A stretch of DNA of 64,000 nucleotides, taken from an uncultured Acidobacteriota bacterium (GTDB taxonomy: Bacteria > Acidobacteriota > Thermoanaerobaculia > UBA5066 > Gp7-AA6). Positions within the stretch are counted from its first letter, which is position 1. Each line of letters starts with the position of its first letter. The stretch spans positions 479,823-543,822 of the forward strand of contig CAVXOX010000005.1 in NCBI GenBank assembly GCA_963763535.1, written 5' to 3'. The position numbers and the translations under genes were made by a program. Below are positions 48,232-58,778 of this stretch, in pieces. The notes beneath the pieces were generated by a model. The model ran no database searches. It had not been told where the DNA came from and was given only the letters and a program-made list of their open reading frames with translations.

Positions 48232-49776
48232 TCAGTCGGCGCGGGAGCCCGGGCGATCGGCCCGCGACAGGGCTCGCGGCGCCCGGTTCGGGCCCACCCT
48301 CGGCACAACCGGGCGGGCGGGCACCGAAGGCAGGACCATCGCCGAGGCCTTCGACGAGACCGTCGCGAGCACGCCCCGCCACATGTCGTACGTGAAGCCC
48401 CACGGGCCCGCGGCGACGCCCCCGGCGGCCCCGGTGACCGGGACGTCCGGCGTGAACAGCGCGTCGGAAAAATTGGGCTGCGCGTAGACGTCGCTGCCCG
48501 TCGCGTTCAGCGCCTTGATGATCTCGTCGGCGATGACCGTGTACCCGATCGTGGAGGGATGCACGCCGTCGTACGAGAAGATGCCCCCCGTCAGGAACGC
48601 GGTCGTCAGCGTGATGCCGCCGATCGAATATCCCTCGACGGCGATCCGGCCGAGAATCGCGTTGGCGTCCAGCAGCGTCGCGCCGGAGGCGGCCGCGGCG
48701 TCGGCGATGACCGAGTTGTACTCGGCGGTCCGCTGCTGGAGCAGCTCGATCTGGTCGGGATAGAGCACGACGCCGGGGTGCGGCACGCCCATTCCGTCGA
48801 TGAATCCCGTCGGCAGGGGCAGCCCGGTCCCTCCCGCTGCGACCGGCACGCCGACGCCCTGGGCGAGCAGCGACGAAGCCGGCAGGTTGACGAGTGACCC
48901 CGGCGGCAGCCCGCAGCCCTGCTCCGGTCCCACCGGAGTGCACGGGAAGGCCTCATCGCCGGGACCGAGCAGCGGCACGAGCGATCCGCCGATGACGACG
49001 GGCTGCCGGGTCGTCGGGTCGACCAGGACCGGAGGGATGGTCGTCGAGAACGGGATCGCGGTGACGTCGGGAATGTTGACGAGGACGAGGCGCGACGTCG
49101 GGAGCAGGTTCGCGAGGATCGCCTGGTAGCTCGCCTGGAAGTCCGCCTGCGAGATCAGCGTGACGCCGTCGATGACGATCGCCGAGGTCGAGGCGCCGAG
49201 CGTGTTGTTGTTGCCGTACCAGACGGTCGCGAGGGTGTTGCCCCCCGCCGCGGGCGCGATCAGGGCGTCGGCCTGCTGGACCGCGTTGGTGCCGTCGAAC
49301 GGGGAGCCGGTGACGTTGCGCAGGACGAGCGCCGAGATCTGCTCGAGGGACGTGCCGTTGGGATCGCCGTGCGTGAGGGTGAGGACCTCCTGGACCTCGA
49401 TGCCGGGGATGCCGAGGTTGTTGTACGGACGCGGCAGCTGCGTGTTGATCGGCGGACCCATCTGGGAGACCGGCCCGACCGTCACGGTCGCCGGCGGGAT
49501 GAACTCCGGGCCGAGGCAGACGGTCCCGGGAGGATTCTGGACGGGGACCTCCGAGACGAGCGGCTGCTCGAAATCGGGAACCAGCGTCGCTCTCGCGATC
49601 ACCGCCGGGAACGAGTTGACCTGGTTGCGCTGCACGAGGCAGCCGCTCTGCCATCCGGCGGTCAGGCTGTCGCCGAGGGCGACGTACTGATCGAACTTCT
49701 GCGCGGCGGCCGGCCTCGACGCGAGGAGCGCGAGCCCCAGGACGAGAGACGGGGGACGAAGAATGCGCTGCTTCAT
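48232..49776 (-). CDS. Secreted SGNH/GDSL-family hydrolase (lipase/esterase-like)
   Basis: Signal peptide, then YVALGDSLTAG (GDS(L) block I). Block V motif near the C-terminus (DGVHPS). Confidence 0.75.
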   Translation of the reverse strand: MKQRILRPPSLVLGLALLASRPAAAQKFDQYVALGDSLTAGWQSGCLVQRNQVNSFPAVIARATLVPDFEQPLVSEVPVQNPPGTVCLGPEFIPPATVTVGPVSQMGPPINTQLPRPYNNLGIPGIEVQEVLTLTHGDPNGTSLEQISALVLRNVTGSPFDGTNAVQQADALIAPAAGGNTLATVWYGNNNTLGASTSAIVIDGVTLISQADFQASYQAILANLLPTSRLVLVNIPDVTAIPFSTTIPPVLVDPTTRQPVVIGGSLVPLLGPGDEAFPCTPVGPEQGCGLPPGSLVNLPASSLLAQGVGVPVAAGGTGLPLPTGFIDGMGVPHPGVVLYPDQIELLQQRTAEYNSVIADAAAASGATLLDANAILGRIAVEGYSIGGITLTTAFLTGGIFSYDGVHPSTIGYTVIADEIIKALNATGSDVYAQPNFSDALFTPDVPVTGAAGGVAAGPWGFTYDMWRGVLATVSSKASAMVLPSVPARPVVPRVGPNRAPRALSRADRPGSRAD

Positions 49777-49791
49777 GGCTCTACTCCTCGC

Positions 49792-51102
49792 CTAGAAGGA
49801 AAACCGCAGGTCGGCGACCGCGGCCCATGCCTTCTCCTGGTACTGCCCGAAGAAGTTGTCGTTGGACTCGGTGACGTTGCGCTTCTTGAAGACGATGTAC
49901 GCGCCGCCGACGTCGAAGCCCCACGACGGCGTGTTGTAGCCGAACCCGCCCGTGTACACGTTGCGGTCGTTGTCCGCGAGGAGCGGGCCGACGTCCTGCA
50001 TGGGCTGCGGGGTGTTGTCGTAGTAGTAGCCGACCCGCGCCGCCCAGCCCCCGGCGAACTTCCATTCGATGCCGCCCCGGTACGCCCACGAGTCCGACCA
50101 GCCCGTCTGCCGGTTGATGTCGGGCAACCCCGTCCCGGGGAACGTGATGTTCAGCGCGGCGAACTGCGACCACTCCGTCCAATCCGCCTCCAGGGAGAGC
50201 GTGAAGTTCTGGGAGAAGTGAATGCCCACGCCCGTGTTGATCGACGCCGGAAAGACGATCTGCGTCTTGACCGGGTTGACGCCGAACGGGATCTGCGTCG
50301 CCACGAGCTGGTCGAACACCGGGTCGCCCGTGGGCCGAGCCGTGATCGTCGCCGTCCCGTCGTAGTCGACCGTGATCTTGCTCCGGTACGCAGCGCCGAT
50401 GCCGAGCGCCGGCGACGGCTTCCAGAGGAGGCCGGCGTTGTAGCCCCAGCCGCCGTTCGACGTGAGGTTGCTGTAGAGCTTCGTGTGCGCGACGTCCACG
50501 ACCGCGCCCGTGAAGGGGTCCACCGCGGCCGTGTTGCGCTCGAGCTGCACGCCGGAGAAGCGGTAGTCGGCGCCGGCCGCGATCGAGAGCTCCGGGAGGA
50601 GCCGGTACGAGAGAACGGGGTTGATGTCGGTCGACTTGATCACCACGTTCTGGGAGATGAAGCGGCCGCTCCAGAGCTCCGGGTTGTTCCACCGCAGACC
50701 CAGTCCGTACGGCTCGTCGATGCCGAGTCCGAACTTCAGGTCGTTCGTCAGCGGGACGACGGCGTAGATGTGCGGCAGCCCGAAGACCTGATTCTGGACG
50801 CTGCCGACGGCGCCGATCCCGGGATAGGGATTGGTGCCGACGAAGGTCGCGCTGTCGCGGCCGAGAACGGCCGCCCCGAGCTCGACCGAGAAGTGATCCT
50901 GGAACGCAATGCCCGCCGGATTGTAGAAGATCGCCGTCGGATCGTCCGCGACACCCGTGAAGGCGAGCCCCATGCCCGTGGCGCGCGCGCCCTGGGTCAT
51001 GACCTGGAAACCGGACGGAAACGCCGGGACGGCGGCCAGAAATCCGAGGACCGCCACCGCGACCAACGCGCGGGGCACCGGGACCCGATGGCGATGTCTC
51101 AC
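49792..51102 (-). CDS. Outer-membrane long-chain fatty acid/hydrophobic compound transporter (FadL/TodX family)
   Basis: Signal peptide. N-terminal hatch motif (NPAGIAF). 14-strand-like alternating pattern. Terminal ...DLRFSF. Confidence 0.8.
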   Translation of the reverse strand: MRHRHRVPVPRALVAVAVLGFLAAVPAFPSGFQVMTQGARATGMGLAFTGVADDPTAIFYNPAGIAFQDHFSVELGAAVLGRDSATFVGTNPYPGIGAVGSVQNQVFGLPHIYAVVPLTNDLKFGLGIDEPYGLGLRWNNPELWSGRFISQNVVIKSTDINPVLSYRLLPELSIAAGADYRFSGVQLERNTAAVDPFTGAVVDVAHTKLYSNLTSNGGWGYNAGLLWKPSPALGIGAAYRSKITVDYDGTATITARPTGDPVFDQLVATQIPFGVNPVKTQIVFPASINTGVGIHFSQNFTLSLEADWTEWSQFAALNITFPGTGLPDINRQTGWSDSWAYRGGIEWKFAGGWAARVGYYYDNTPQPMQDVGPLLADNDRNVYTGGFGYNTPSWGFDVGGAYIVFKKRNVTESNDNFFGQYQEKAWAAVADLRFSF

Positions 51103-51267
51103 GTTTGTCCTCCCTCAGTCGATCGAGACGGAGTGCGTGGAGTGGGTGAATTCACGATTTGCGGCCAGCGTAGACTCCGGCCTCCGGAAAGTCAAAGGTG
51201 CGTCGGAATCAACCGGAGCGCCGCGCCCACCGCATACAATCGTGTCACCGTGTCCCACGAGAGCGAG

Positions 51268-53351
51268 ATGCCCACCCGCGACGGCGCCGCGTCGAAGTCG
51301 GGCTCCCGCGAGGCGCCCGTCTCGGTCGGCACCATTCTCGGCGGCCGCTACCGCATCGACGGGGTGCTCGGGTTCGGCGGCATGGGCGTCGTGTATCGCG
51401 CGAAGGACCTGAAGCTCGATCAGGAGATCGCGCTGAAGCGCGTGCGCCCGGACCGCGTCTCTCCCGAGCGTCGCGAGACCCTCCGCCGGGAGATCATCCT
51501 CGCCCGCAAGGTCACGCACGAGAACGTCTGCCGGGTCTACGACCTCGTCGAGATCGAGGGCGAGGAGTTCGTCTCGATGGAGTTTCTCGCGGGAAAGACG
51601 CTGAAGGAGCTCGAGGAGCGGGAGCGGATGCTCCCCCTCGGGCGCGGGCTCGCGATCGCGAAGGGGATCTGCCGCGGCCTCGCCGCCGCCCACCGCATCG
51701 GGGTCCTCCACCGCGACCTGAAGCCGGAGAACGTGATGGTCGGGGAAGACGGCCGGCCGCACCTGATGGACTTCGGCATCGCGATCGAGAGCGCGCTCTA
51801 CCGCGGCGACCAGAACGAGACGGTGCCCGGCACGCCCCAGTTCCTCGCGCCCGAGCTGCTCGAGGGCGAGGCGCCGGGCCCGCGCACCGACGTCTACGCC
51901 ATGGGCATCCTGCTCTACGAGATGTTCACGGGCCGCGTCCCCTTCGACGACAACGACACGGCGCGCCTCGTCCGGCGCGTGCTCACCGGAACGGCCGCCG
52001 AAGCATCGAGACGCTGCGCCCGGACCTGCCGCCCGAGCTGCGGGACATCCTCGAGCGCGCGATCGCGCGGGATCCGCAGTCGCGCTTCCCCGACGCGGCC
52101 GCGCTGTCGGACGCGATCGCGGCTTTCGAGGGGCAGGTCCTCGACCGCGTCCTGGCGGAGGTCTCGGTCACGCGCGCGAAGATGGTCAAGCTCATGGTCA
52201 TCCTCGAGGCGAACAAGTCGCTCGCCGCGACCTTCGACCCGACCGAGACGCTGCGCATCATCCTCCGCACGGCGACCTCGGAGACCGACGCCGAGCGGGG
52301 GACGATTTTTCTCACGGACCCGTCGTCGAGCGAGCTCGTCAGCCAGATCCTCGAGGGGGGATCCGTGAATCCGATCCGCCTGCCGATCGGCACCGGCATC
52401 GCGGGCACCGCCGCCGAGACGGGCCAGGTCGTCAACAGCGCCGACGCCTACGGAGACCCCCGGTTCGACAAACGAACCGACGCCTCGTCGGGCTTCAAGA
52501 CCGAGTCGGTCCTCGCCGCGCCCATGCGGACGCCGGCCGGCGAGATCGTGGGCGTCGTCGAGATCCTCAACAAGCGTCGGCGCCAGTTCACCAAGGAGGA
52601 CGAGGAGTTCCTCGCCGAGGTGGCCTCCCACGCCGCGCTCGCCGTCGCCGGCGTGCGGGAACACGAGGCCGCGGTGCGGCAGGCGCGCGAGGCCGGCGCC
52701 GCGTCGGTGCTCCGCGCCGTGACTCCCCTCCTCCTGCCGGCCGCGTGGCCCGACGTCCCCGGCTTCGACGCCGCCCCGCTGCGCTGGCGCTCGGAGGCCT
52801 CGAGCCTCGCGCTCTACGCCGTCGCGGCCGGCGCCGGACGGCTGGCGCTCCTCCTGCTCGAGCATCCGGGAGGCGTCGAGGAGTCGGTCGCGCCCCTCGT
52901 GAGGGCGGAGGGCCTGGCGCGGCGACTCCTCGACGACGCGCCGCCCGCGGAGATCGTGCGACGGCTCGCCTCGGCCGAGCCCGGCTGCTCGGTCACCGCG
53001 GCGCGATGGGAGGGCGAGCGGCTCGCCCTCGCCGCGCGCGGCGCGCCCGTGCCGTATCTCCTCCGCTTCGGCCGCCCCGTTCCCTTCGAGATCGACGAGA
53101 AGGACGGCGTCTCCGGCGTGACGCTCGAGACCGGCCGGGGCGACCTCCTGGTGGCCGCGTCGAGCGGCCTCGCGGGAATGCGCACGCCCGGCACGCCCCT
53201 GTCGACCGACCACGCCGCCGCGCGACTGGCCCGCGCGGCGGAGACCCAGACGCTGTCGGCCGCCTTCGCGACGCTCGTCGCGGAGTGGAAGAAGGCCGGA
53301 TACGCGCCCGGGGACCGCGACGTGCTGCTGCTCGCCGCGAAAAGAACCTGA
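51268..53351 (+). CDS. Ser/Thr protein kinase with GAF and PP2C/SpoIIE-like C-terminal domains. Frameshift at ~51991-52004.
   Basis: Kinase subdomains I-IX (GGMGVVYRAKD...HRDLKPENVMV...DFGIA...GTPQFLAPE) are in the frame of ORF 49369..52368. The kinase C-lobe (RPDLPPELRDILERAIARDPQSRF), the GAF domain and the PP2C-like GDLLVAASSGLAG block are in the frame of ORF 51198..53351. Confidence 0.7.
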
Positions 53352-53353
53352 CA

Positions 53354-53377
53354 CCCCTCTCCCTTTGGGAGAGGGGG
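53354..53377. terminator. Bidirectional hairpin between the convergent kinase and yloV-like genes
   Basis: cccctctccc-tttg-gggagagggg is a perfect 10-bp stem. A U-run follows on the minus strand (guucuuuu). Confidence 0.5.
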
Positions 53378-53411
53378 TAGGGGTGAGGGGCGTGCTGAAG
53401 CCGCCGACCGT

Positions 53412-55205
53412 CTACGGCAAGACCGCGACGGCTAAGGCCCCCGGTCCTCCGTGCGCCCCGAGCGCCGGCCCGCACTCGGCGATCAGGACGTCGGACTCCG
53501 GGTACCGCGCGCGGATTTCGCGCGCGAGCTCCTCGGCCGCATCCTCGGCATCGCAGTGGGCGACGCCGAAGCGTCGCGACGCGCTGACGCGCTCTCCCGC
53601 CTCGTCGAAGAGGAGACGCATCATCTTCTTCCTCGCGGCCGCGTACCCGCGCGCCTTCGCCGCCGCCTCGACCTTGCCGTCCGCCGTGATCGTCAGGATC
53701 GGCAGGAGGCCCAGCAGCTTCGCGACGAGCCCGCGCGTCGGCGAAACGCGGCCCCCGCGGACGAGGTGCTTGAGTGTCGGCACCGCGACGAAGAGCCGCA
53801 CGCGCGCGGCGGTGTCGCGCGCGATCGCGCCCACCTCCGCCGCGGACTTGCCGGCCTGGGCGGCCTCGGCCGCCGCGCGCACGACGAGTCCGAGCCCGAC
53901 GGAGACGCTCCCGCTGTCGACGTGCGCGATCTCCGTATTCTGGACGGGGCGAGCTCCCACGATCGCCGCCTGGTGGGTGCCCGAGAGGTGCGAGCCGAGG
54001 TGCACGGAGACGATCGAGCCCGCGTGCGTCGCGACATTCTCGTAGACCTGCGTGAAGTCGGCCGGCGGCGGCTGCGAGGTCTTGGGCGCCACGTCCGTGA
54101 CGGCGAAGCGGCCGTAGAACTCGGACGGCGTGATCGTGACCTTGTCGAGGTAGTTCTCCGAGCCGAAGTAGACGCGCACCGGCACGACGCCGACGCCGAG
54201 CTCCTCCAGGACGGTCTCCGGCAGATCGCAGGTCGAGTCCGTCACGATGCCCACCCGCGCGGCCCGGTTCTTGTCGAAGCGTGACTCGTGCTGGGCGCGC
54301 ATGTCCTCGACCTTGGTCTGCGCGACATCGGCGTAGCGGCCGGCGGTCGCGAAGAGCTTCTCCGGCTCGTTGGTGTGGATGTGGAGCCGCAGCCTCGACG
54401 CGCCCCCGGCCATCACGATCGAGTCGCCGAGGAGAGCGACCTCCCGCCGGAGCGCGTCGCGGTCGATCGCATCGCCCTCGAGGAGCACCTCGGTGCAGTA
54501 TCGGAAGAGGATGGACTCGGGCGTCTTGTCGAAGACCGCGGCGCGGATGTCCTCGGGAGCCGTCGGCGACGGCGCCGAGCGCGCGGACTCCCGGAAGTAC
54601 GCGACGATCCCCTCGAGCAGGTACACGAATCCCTGAGCGCCCGCGTCCACGACGCCGGCCTTGGCGAGGGCCTTCATCTGTTTGGGCGTGTTCTCGAGCG
54701 AGGCGCGCGCGGCCTTGAGCGACTCCGGAAGGAGGACGCCGAAGTCCGGCACCCGCGTAGCCCGGTCGGCGACGTCGCGCGCCCATTCGCGGACGACGGT
54801 CAGGATCGTGCCCTCGACGGGACGCGCGATCGCCGAGTAGGCCGACTCGGCCGCCTTCACCACCGCGGCGGCGAACGCGCCCGGGCCGACGCGCGGCTCG
54901 TCCGGCAGTCCCTCGGAGAAGCCGCAGAAGAACTGCGCGAGGATCGCCCCGGAGTTGCCGCGGGCGCCGCCGACGGCCTGGTCCGCGAGGGTCCTGGCCA
55001 TTTCCCGCAGGTGCCGCTGCCGGATGCGCGCGATGCCCGAGGCGATCTTCTGCAGGGTCGAGGCGAAGTTGGTGCCGGTGTCGCCGTCGGGGACCGGAAA
55101 GACGTTGATCTTGTTGAGGGCCTCGGCGCGTTCCGCGACGAAGTGGGCGCCGGCGATCACCGCCCGGGACAGGCGGTTGCCGTCCAGGTAGGCGATGGCG
55201 ATCAA
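53412..55205 (-). CDS. DAK2-domain plus DegV-like fusion protein (YloV family)
   Basis: TTG start coupled TTGA to the upstream ORF. N-terminal Dak2/DhaL-like (NVFPVPDGDTGTNF...). C-terminal DegV-like fatty-acid-binding fold. Confidence 0.8.
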   Translation of the reverse strand: MIAIAYLDGNRLSRAVIAGAHFVAERAEALNKINVFPVPDGDTGTNFASTLQKIASGIARIRQRHLREMARTLADQAVGGARGNSGAILAQFFCGFSEGLPDEPRVGPGAFAAAVVKAAESAYSAIARPVEGTILTVVREWARDVADRATRVPDFGVLLPESLKAARASLENTPKQMKALAKAGVVDAGAQGFVYLLEGIVAYFRESARSAPSPTAPEDIRAAVFDKTPESILFRYCTEVLLEGDAIDRDALRREVALLGDSIVMAGGASRLRLHIHTNEPEKLFATAGRYADVAQTKVEDMRAQHESRFDKNRAARVGIVTDSTCDLPETVLEELGVGVVPVRVYFGSENYLDKVTITPSEFYGRFAVTDVAPKTSQPPPADFTQVYENVATHAGSIVSVHLGSHLSGTHQAAIVGARPVQNTEIAHVDSGSVSVGLGLVVRAAAEAAQAGKSAAEVGAIARDTAARVRLFVAVPTLKHLVRGGRVSPTRGLVAKLLGLLPILTITADGKVEAAAKARGYAAARKKMMRLLFDEAGERVSASRRFGVAHCDAEDAAEELAREIRARYPESDVLIAECGPALGAHGGPGALAVAVLP

Positions 55206-55477
55206 GGCTTGATCGTGGCGGGGTATCCGTCGGGGGCCCGTCCCGCGCTGCGCGCGCTCCGGTACTCTTCGGCGACCGAGGGCAGGCGGTCGAGATAGAA
55301 CAGCACGACGCCGCACCCCATGCACGCCCACGGATAGACCTTTTCCGCTCCCCAGGCGAACAGGCCCGTCTTCCAGGGCTTCTTCCAGAAGTATGTCGTG
55401 TAGCCGGACGTGTTGCTGCGCGAACGGAGCATGTCTCCGCCGCAGAGGGGGCATTTCCGGTGGAAGGCGTCGGTCAT
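55202..55477 (-). CDS. Small zinc-ribbon protein (two CxxC pairs)
   Basis: MTDAFHRKCPLCGG...CMGCG, 91 aa. Translationally coupled to the yloV-like gene. Confidence 0.45.
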   Translation of the reverse strand: MTDAFHRKCPLCGGDMLRSRSNTSGYTTYFWKKPWKTGLFAWGAEKVYPWACMGCGVVLFYLDRLPSVAEEYRSARSAGRAPDGYPATIKP

Positions 55478-55549
55478 AGGCGCAGCCGGCAAGGATATCT
55501 CAGCGGTCGGGGACCAAGGCGCGCAGGCGAAACTCGAATTTCGGCTCTT

Positions 55550-57046
55550 TCAGGGCCTCCAGCGAAGGACGAGATTCCGCGCGGCGCCGACCTCGTCGAC
55601 CCGCCTGACCGGGGTCGTGTGCGGCGCGCCGCGCACGATGTCGGGCGACTCCTCGCACTCGCGCGCGATGTCCTTCATCGCCTTGATGAAGGCGTCGAGC
55701 ACGGGCTTGCCCTCGGTCTCGGTCGGTTCGATCATCAGCGCCCCGTGGACGATGAGCGGGAACGACATCGTCGGCGGATGGAAGCCGTAGTCCATCAGCC
55801 GCTTCGCGATGTCCACGTTCGAGACGCCGAGCTCGCTCTGCTTCTTGTCGGAGAACACGACCTCGTGCATCGATGGGCCGTCGTACTTGAGGTGATACAC
55901 GCCGGAGAGCCCGGCCCGGATGTAGTTCGCGTTCAGCACCGCGCCCCGGGCGACTTCGCCGATCCGGTTGCCGTACGCCGCGATGTACGAGAGCGCCCGC
56001 ACGAACATGCCGTAGTTGCCGAGGAAGGTCCGGAGACGCCCGATCGATTCGGGCCGGTCGTAGTCGAGGAAGAACGTGCCGTCCGCGCGGCGCTCGACGG
56101 TCGGCCGCGGCAGGAACGGCACGAGCGACTGCGTCACGGCGACGGGACCAGAGCCCGGCCCTCCCCCGCCGTGCGGCGTCGAGAACGTCTTGTGCAGGTT
56201 CATGTGCATCACGTCGATGCCCATGAGCCCGGGCTTGGCGACGCCCACGAAGGCGTTGAAGTTCGCGCCGTCGCAGTAGAGATAGCCGCCCTTCGCGTGG
56301 ACGATCCGCGCGACGTCGAGGATGCGGTCCTCGAATATGCCGAGCGTGTTGGGCACGGTCAGCATCAGCGCCGCGACCTCCTCGGTCATCGCCTTCTCGA
56401 GCGCGTCGAGGTCCACGGTCCCGCGAGGATTCGACTTCAGCTCCCGGACCGTGTACCCCGCGAAGTGGGCCGAGGCCGGGTTGGTGCCGTGGGCGGAGTC
56501 GGGGATGAGCACGGTCCTCCGCGGGCGCCCCGTCTTCTCGAGCGCCTTGCGCACGAGGAGAATCCCGGCGAGCTCTCCCTGAGCGCCCGCCGACGGCTGG
56601 AGCGTGACCCGCGGCAGCCCCGTCAGCTCGGCGAGGGCGCGCTCGAGGAGCCAGGCGAGCTCGAGCGTGCCCTGCGACAGCGCCTCGGGCGCGAGCGGGT
56701 GCGCCGCCGCGAAGCCGGGCAGGCGCGCCATCTCCTCGTTCGTGCGCGGGTTGTGCTTCATCGTGCACGAGCCGAGCGGATAGAGGCCCTGGTCGATCGA
56801 GAAATTGCGCTGCGACAGCCGCGTGAAATGCCGCGCGACGTCCACCTCCGAGATCTGGGTCTCGCCGGCGATCTCCGCGCGCACGAGCGCTTCGGGAATC
56901 GCGATCGTGTCGGGCACGTCGAGCGGCGGCAGCGAGTAGCCGATCTTGCCCTCGCCCGAGCGCTCGAAGACGAGAGGCAGCGGCCGCGGATCCGGACGCC
57001 GGGAGTCGTGCGCGACCGACGCCGGCGCTTCGACTTCGACGCTCAT
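55550..57046 (-). CDS. gcvPB: Glycine dehydrogenase (decarboxylating) subunit 2
   Basis: PLP-lysine region NLHKTFSTPHGGGGPG. 499 aa. ATGA-coupled to gcvPA. Confidence 0.9.
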   Translation of the reverse strand: MSVEVEAPASVAHDSRRPDPRPLPLVFERSGEGKIGYSLPPLDVPDTIAIPEALVRAEIAGETQISEVDVARHFTRLSQRNFSIDQGLYPLGSCTMKHNPRTNEEMARLPGFAAAHPLAPEALSQGTLELAWLLERALAELTGLPRVTLQPSAGAQGELAGILLVRKALEKTGRPRRTVLIPDSAHGTNPASAHFAGYTVRELKSNPRGTVDLDALEKAMTEEVAALMLTVPNTLGIFEDRILDVARIVHAKGGYLYCDGANFNAFVGVAKPGLMGIDVMHMNLHKTFSTPHGGGGPGSGPVAVTQSLVPFLPRPTVERRADGTFFLDYDRPESIGRLRTFLGNYGMFVRALSYIAAYGNRIGEVARGAVLNANYIRAGLSGVYHLKYDGPSMHEVVFSDKKQSELGVSNVDIAKRLMDYGFHPPTMSFPLIVHGALMIEPTETEGKPVLDAFIKAMKDIARECEESPDIVRGAPHTTPVRRVDEVGAARNLVLRWRP

Positions 57047-58389
57047 GCATCCCTCCCGGCCAGCGCCCCCACCAGGCGATCCATCTCGGCGCGCTCGTTC
57101 ATCTCGGTGACGGCGATCAGGAAGCGGCGGCGGTCCGCGGCGTCGAACCGGGAGAGCGGAACCCCGCCGAGGATCCCACGCGCGGCCAGCCGGGCGAGCA
57201 GCGGCGCCGCGTCCTCGGGCGCCTCGACGAGAAACTCGTTGAACGTCGGGGCCGGGTACGGCAGACGGTAGCCGCGCAGCCGGCCGATCTCGCCCTTGAG
57301 GTACTCCGCCTTCGCATGGCACTGGCGGGCGACCTCGCGGAGGCCCTCCTTGCCGAGCAGCGACATGTGGATGTTCGAGGCGAGGGCCATCAGCCCCTGG
57401 TTCGTGCAGATGTTCGACGTCGCCTTCTCGCGGCGGATGTGCTGCTCGCGGGTCGACAGCGTCAGGCAGAAGGCCCGCCGCCCCTCCGCGTCGCGGGTCA
57501 TGCCGGCGAGGCGCCCCGGGATCTGGCGCTGGTGCTCGGTGCGGCAGGAGAGAAACCCGAGGAGCGGTCCGCCGTTCTGCATCGGCACGCCGAGCGACTG
57601 CGCCTCGCCGCATGCGATGTCCGCGCCGCCCTCGCCCGGCGGCTTGAGCAGCGCGAGCGACGCGGCCTCCGCGACGACCGCCACCGAGAGCGCTCCCTTC
57701 GCCTTCGCGACGGAGGAGCCCGCGGACCAGTCCTCCACCACGCCGTAGAAGTTCGGGGACTGCACCGCGACGGCGAACGTCTTCTCATCGACGGCGGCCT
57801 CGAGCGCGCGGGCGTCGGTCGCGCCGTTCGCGCCCACGGGCACCTCGACGAGCTCGAGGCCGAGGTTCGTGAAGTACGTGCGGACCGTCTCGCGGTACTC
57901 CGGGTGGATCGCGGCCGACAGCACCGCCTTCGTCTTTCCCCGGGAGAGGCGCTCGGCCATCAGGAGCGCCTCGACGAGCGCCGAGGCGCCCTCGTAGAGC
58001 GACGCGTTCGCCACCTCGAGACCCGTGAGCAGGCAGACGTGCGTCTGGAACTCGAAGATCGACTGGAGCGTCCCCTGCGAGATCTCGGGCTGGTACGGGG
58101 TGTACGCGGTCAGCCACTCCGCGCGGTACAGCATCTGGTCGGCGATCGCCGAGACGTAGTGGTGGTAAATCCCGGCGCCCAGGAAGAACGCCGTGTCGCG
58201 GGCGTTGACGTTCTTCTTCGCGAGGCCGCCGATGAACCGGCGGATCTCGATCTCCGACATCGGCGGCGGCAGGTCGGGGTCGCGCCGCACCTCGGCGGGG
58301 ACGGAGGCGAACAGATCGTCGATCGAGCGGGCGCCCATCGCCGCGAGCATCTCCCGACGCTCGCGGTCGGACGTCGGGAGGAACTTCAC
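57043..58389 (-). CDS. gcvPA: Glycine dehydrogenase (decarboxylating) subunit 1
   Basis: GTG start overlapping the gcvH stop. (V/M)KFLPTSDRERREMLAAMG..., 448 aa. Confidence 0.9.
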   Translation of the reverse strand: MKFLPTSDRERREMLAAMGARSIDDLFASVPAEVRRDPDLPPPMSEIEIRRFIGGLAKKNVNARDTAFFLGAGIYHHYVSAIADQMLYRAEWLTAYTPYQPEISQGTLQSIFEFQTHVCLLTGLEVANASLYEGASALVEALLMAERLSRGKTKAVLSAAIHPEYRETVRTYFTNLGLELVEVPVGANGATDARALEAAVDEKTFAVAVQSPNFYGVVEDWSAGSSVAKAKGALSVAVVAEAASLALLKPPGEGGADIACGEAQSLGVPMQNGGPLLGFLSCRTEHQRQIPGRLAGMTRDAEGRRAFCLTLSTREQHIRREKATSNICTNQGLMALASNIHMSLLGKEGLREVARQCHAKAEYLKGEIGRLRGYRLPYPAPTFNEFLVEAPEDAAPLLARLAARGILGGVPLSRFDAADRRRFLIAVTEMNERAEMDRLVGALAGRDA

Positions 58390-58778
58390 TTCTCCTGCTC
58401 CTCCGCCGCGACGTACTCGCCGTACGCCTCGGCGGTCATGAGCTTGCCGATCTCGACGTCGGTCGAGAGCTTCAGCTTGATCAGCCAGCCGTCGCCGTAC
58501 GGGTCGTCGTTGATGATCCCGGGCTCCCCGACCGCGCCCTTGTTGACCGCGACGACCTCGCCCGAGACCGGCGTGAACAGCTCGGAGACCGCCTTCACCG
58601 ACTCGACGGTGCCGAACTCGTCGCCGGCGTCGTACATGTGGCCGACCTCGGGGAGCTCGAGGTACACGATCTCGCCGAGCTGCTTCTGCGCGTGATCGGT
58701 GATGCCGATCGTGCCGACGTCGCCGTCGACGCGGACCCACTCGTGGCTGTCGGCATACCGGATGTCATCGGGATTCAC
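58386..58778 (-). CDS. gcvH: Glycine cleavage system H protein
   Basis: GTG start with a GAGGAG SD. Lipoyl-lysine motif ...VESVKAVSELFTPVSGEV. Confidence 0.9.
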   Translation of the reverse strand: MNPDDIRYADSHEWVRVDGDVGTIGITDHAQKQLGEIVYLELPEVGHMYDAGDEFGTVESVKAVSELFTPVSGEVVAVNKGAVGEPGIINDDPYGDGWLIKLKLSTDVEIGKLMTAEAYGEYVAAEEQEK

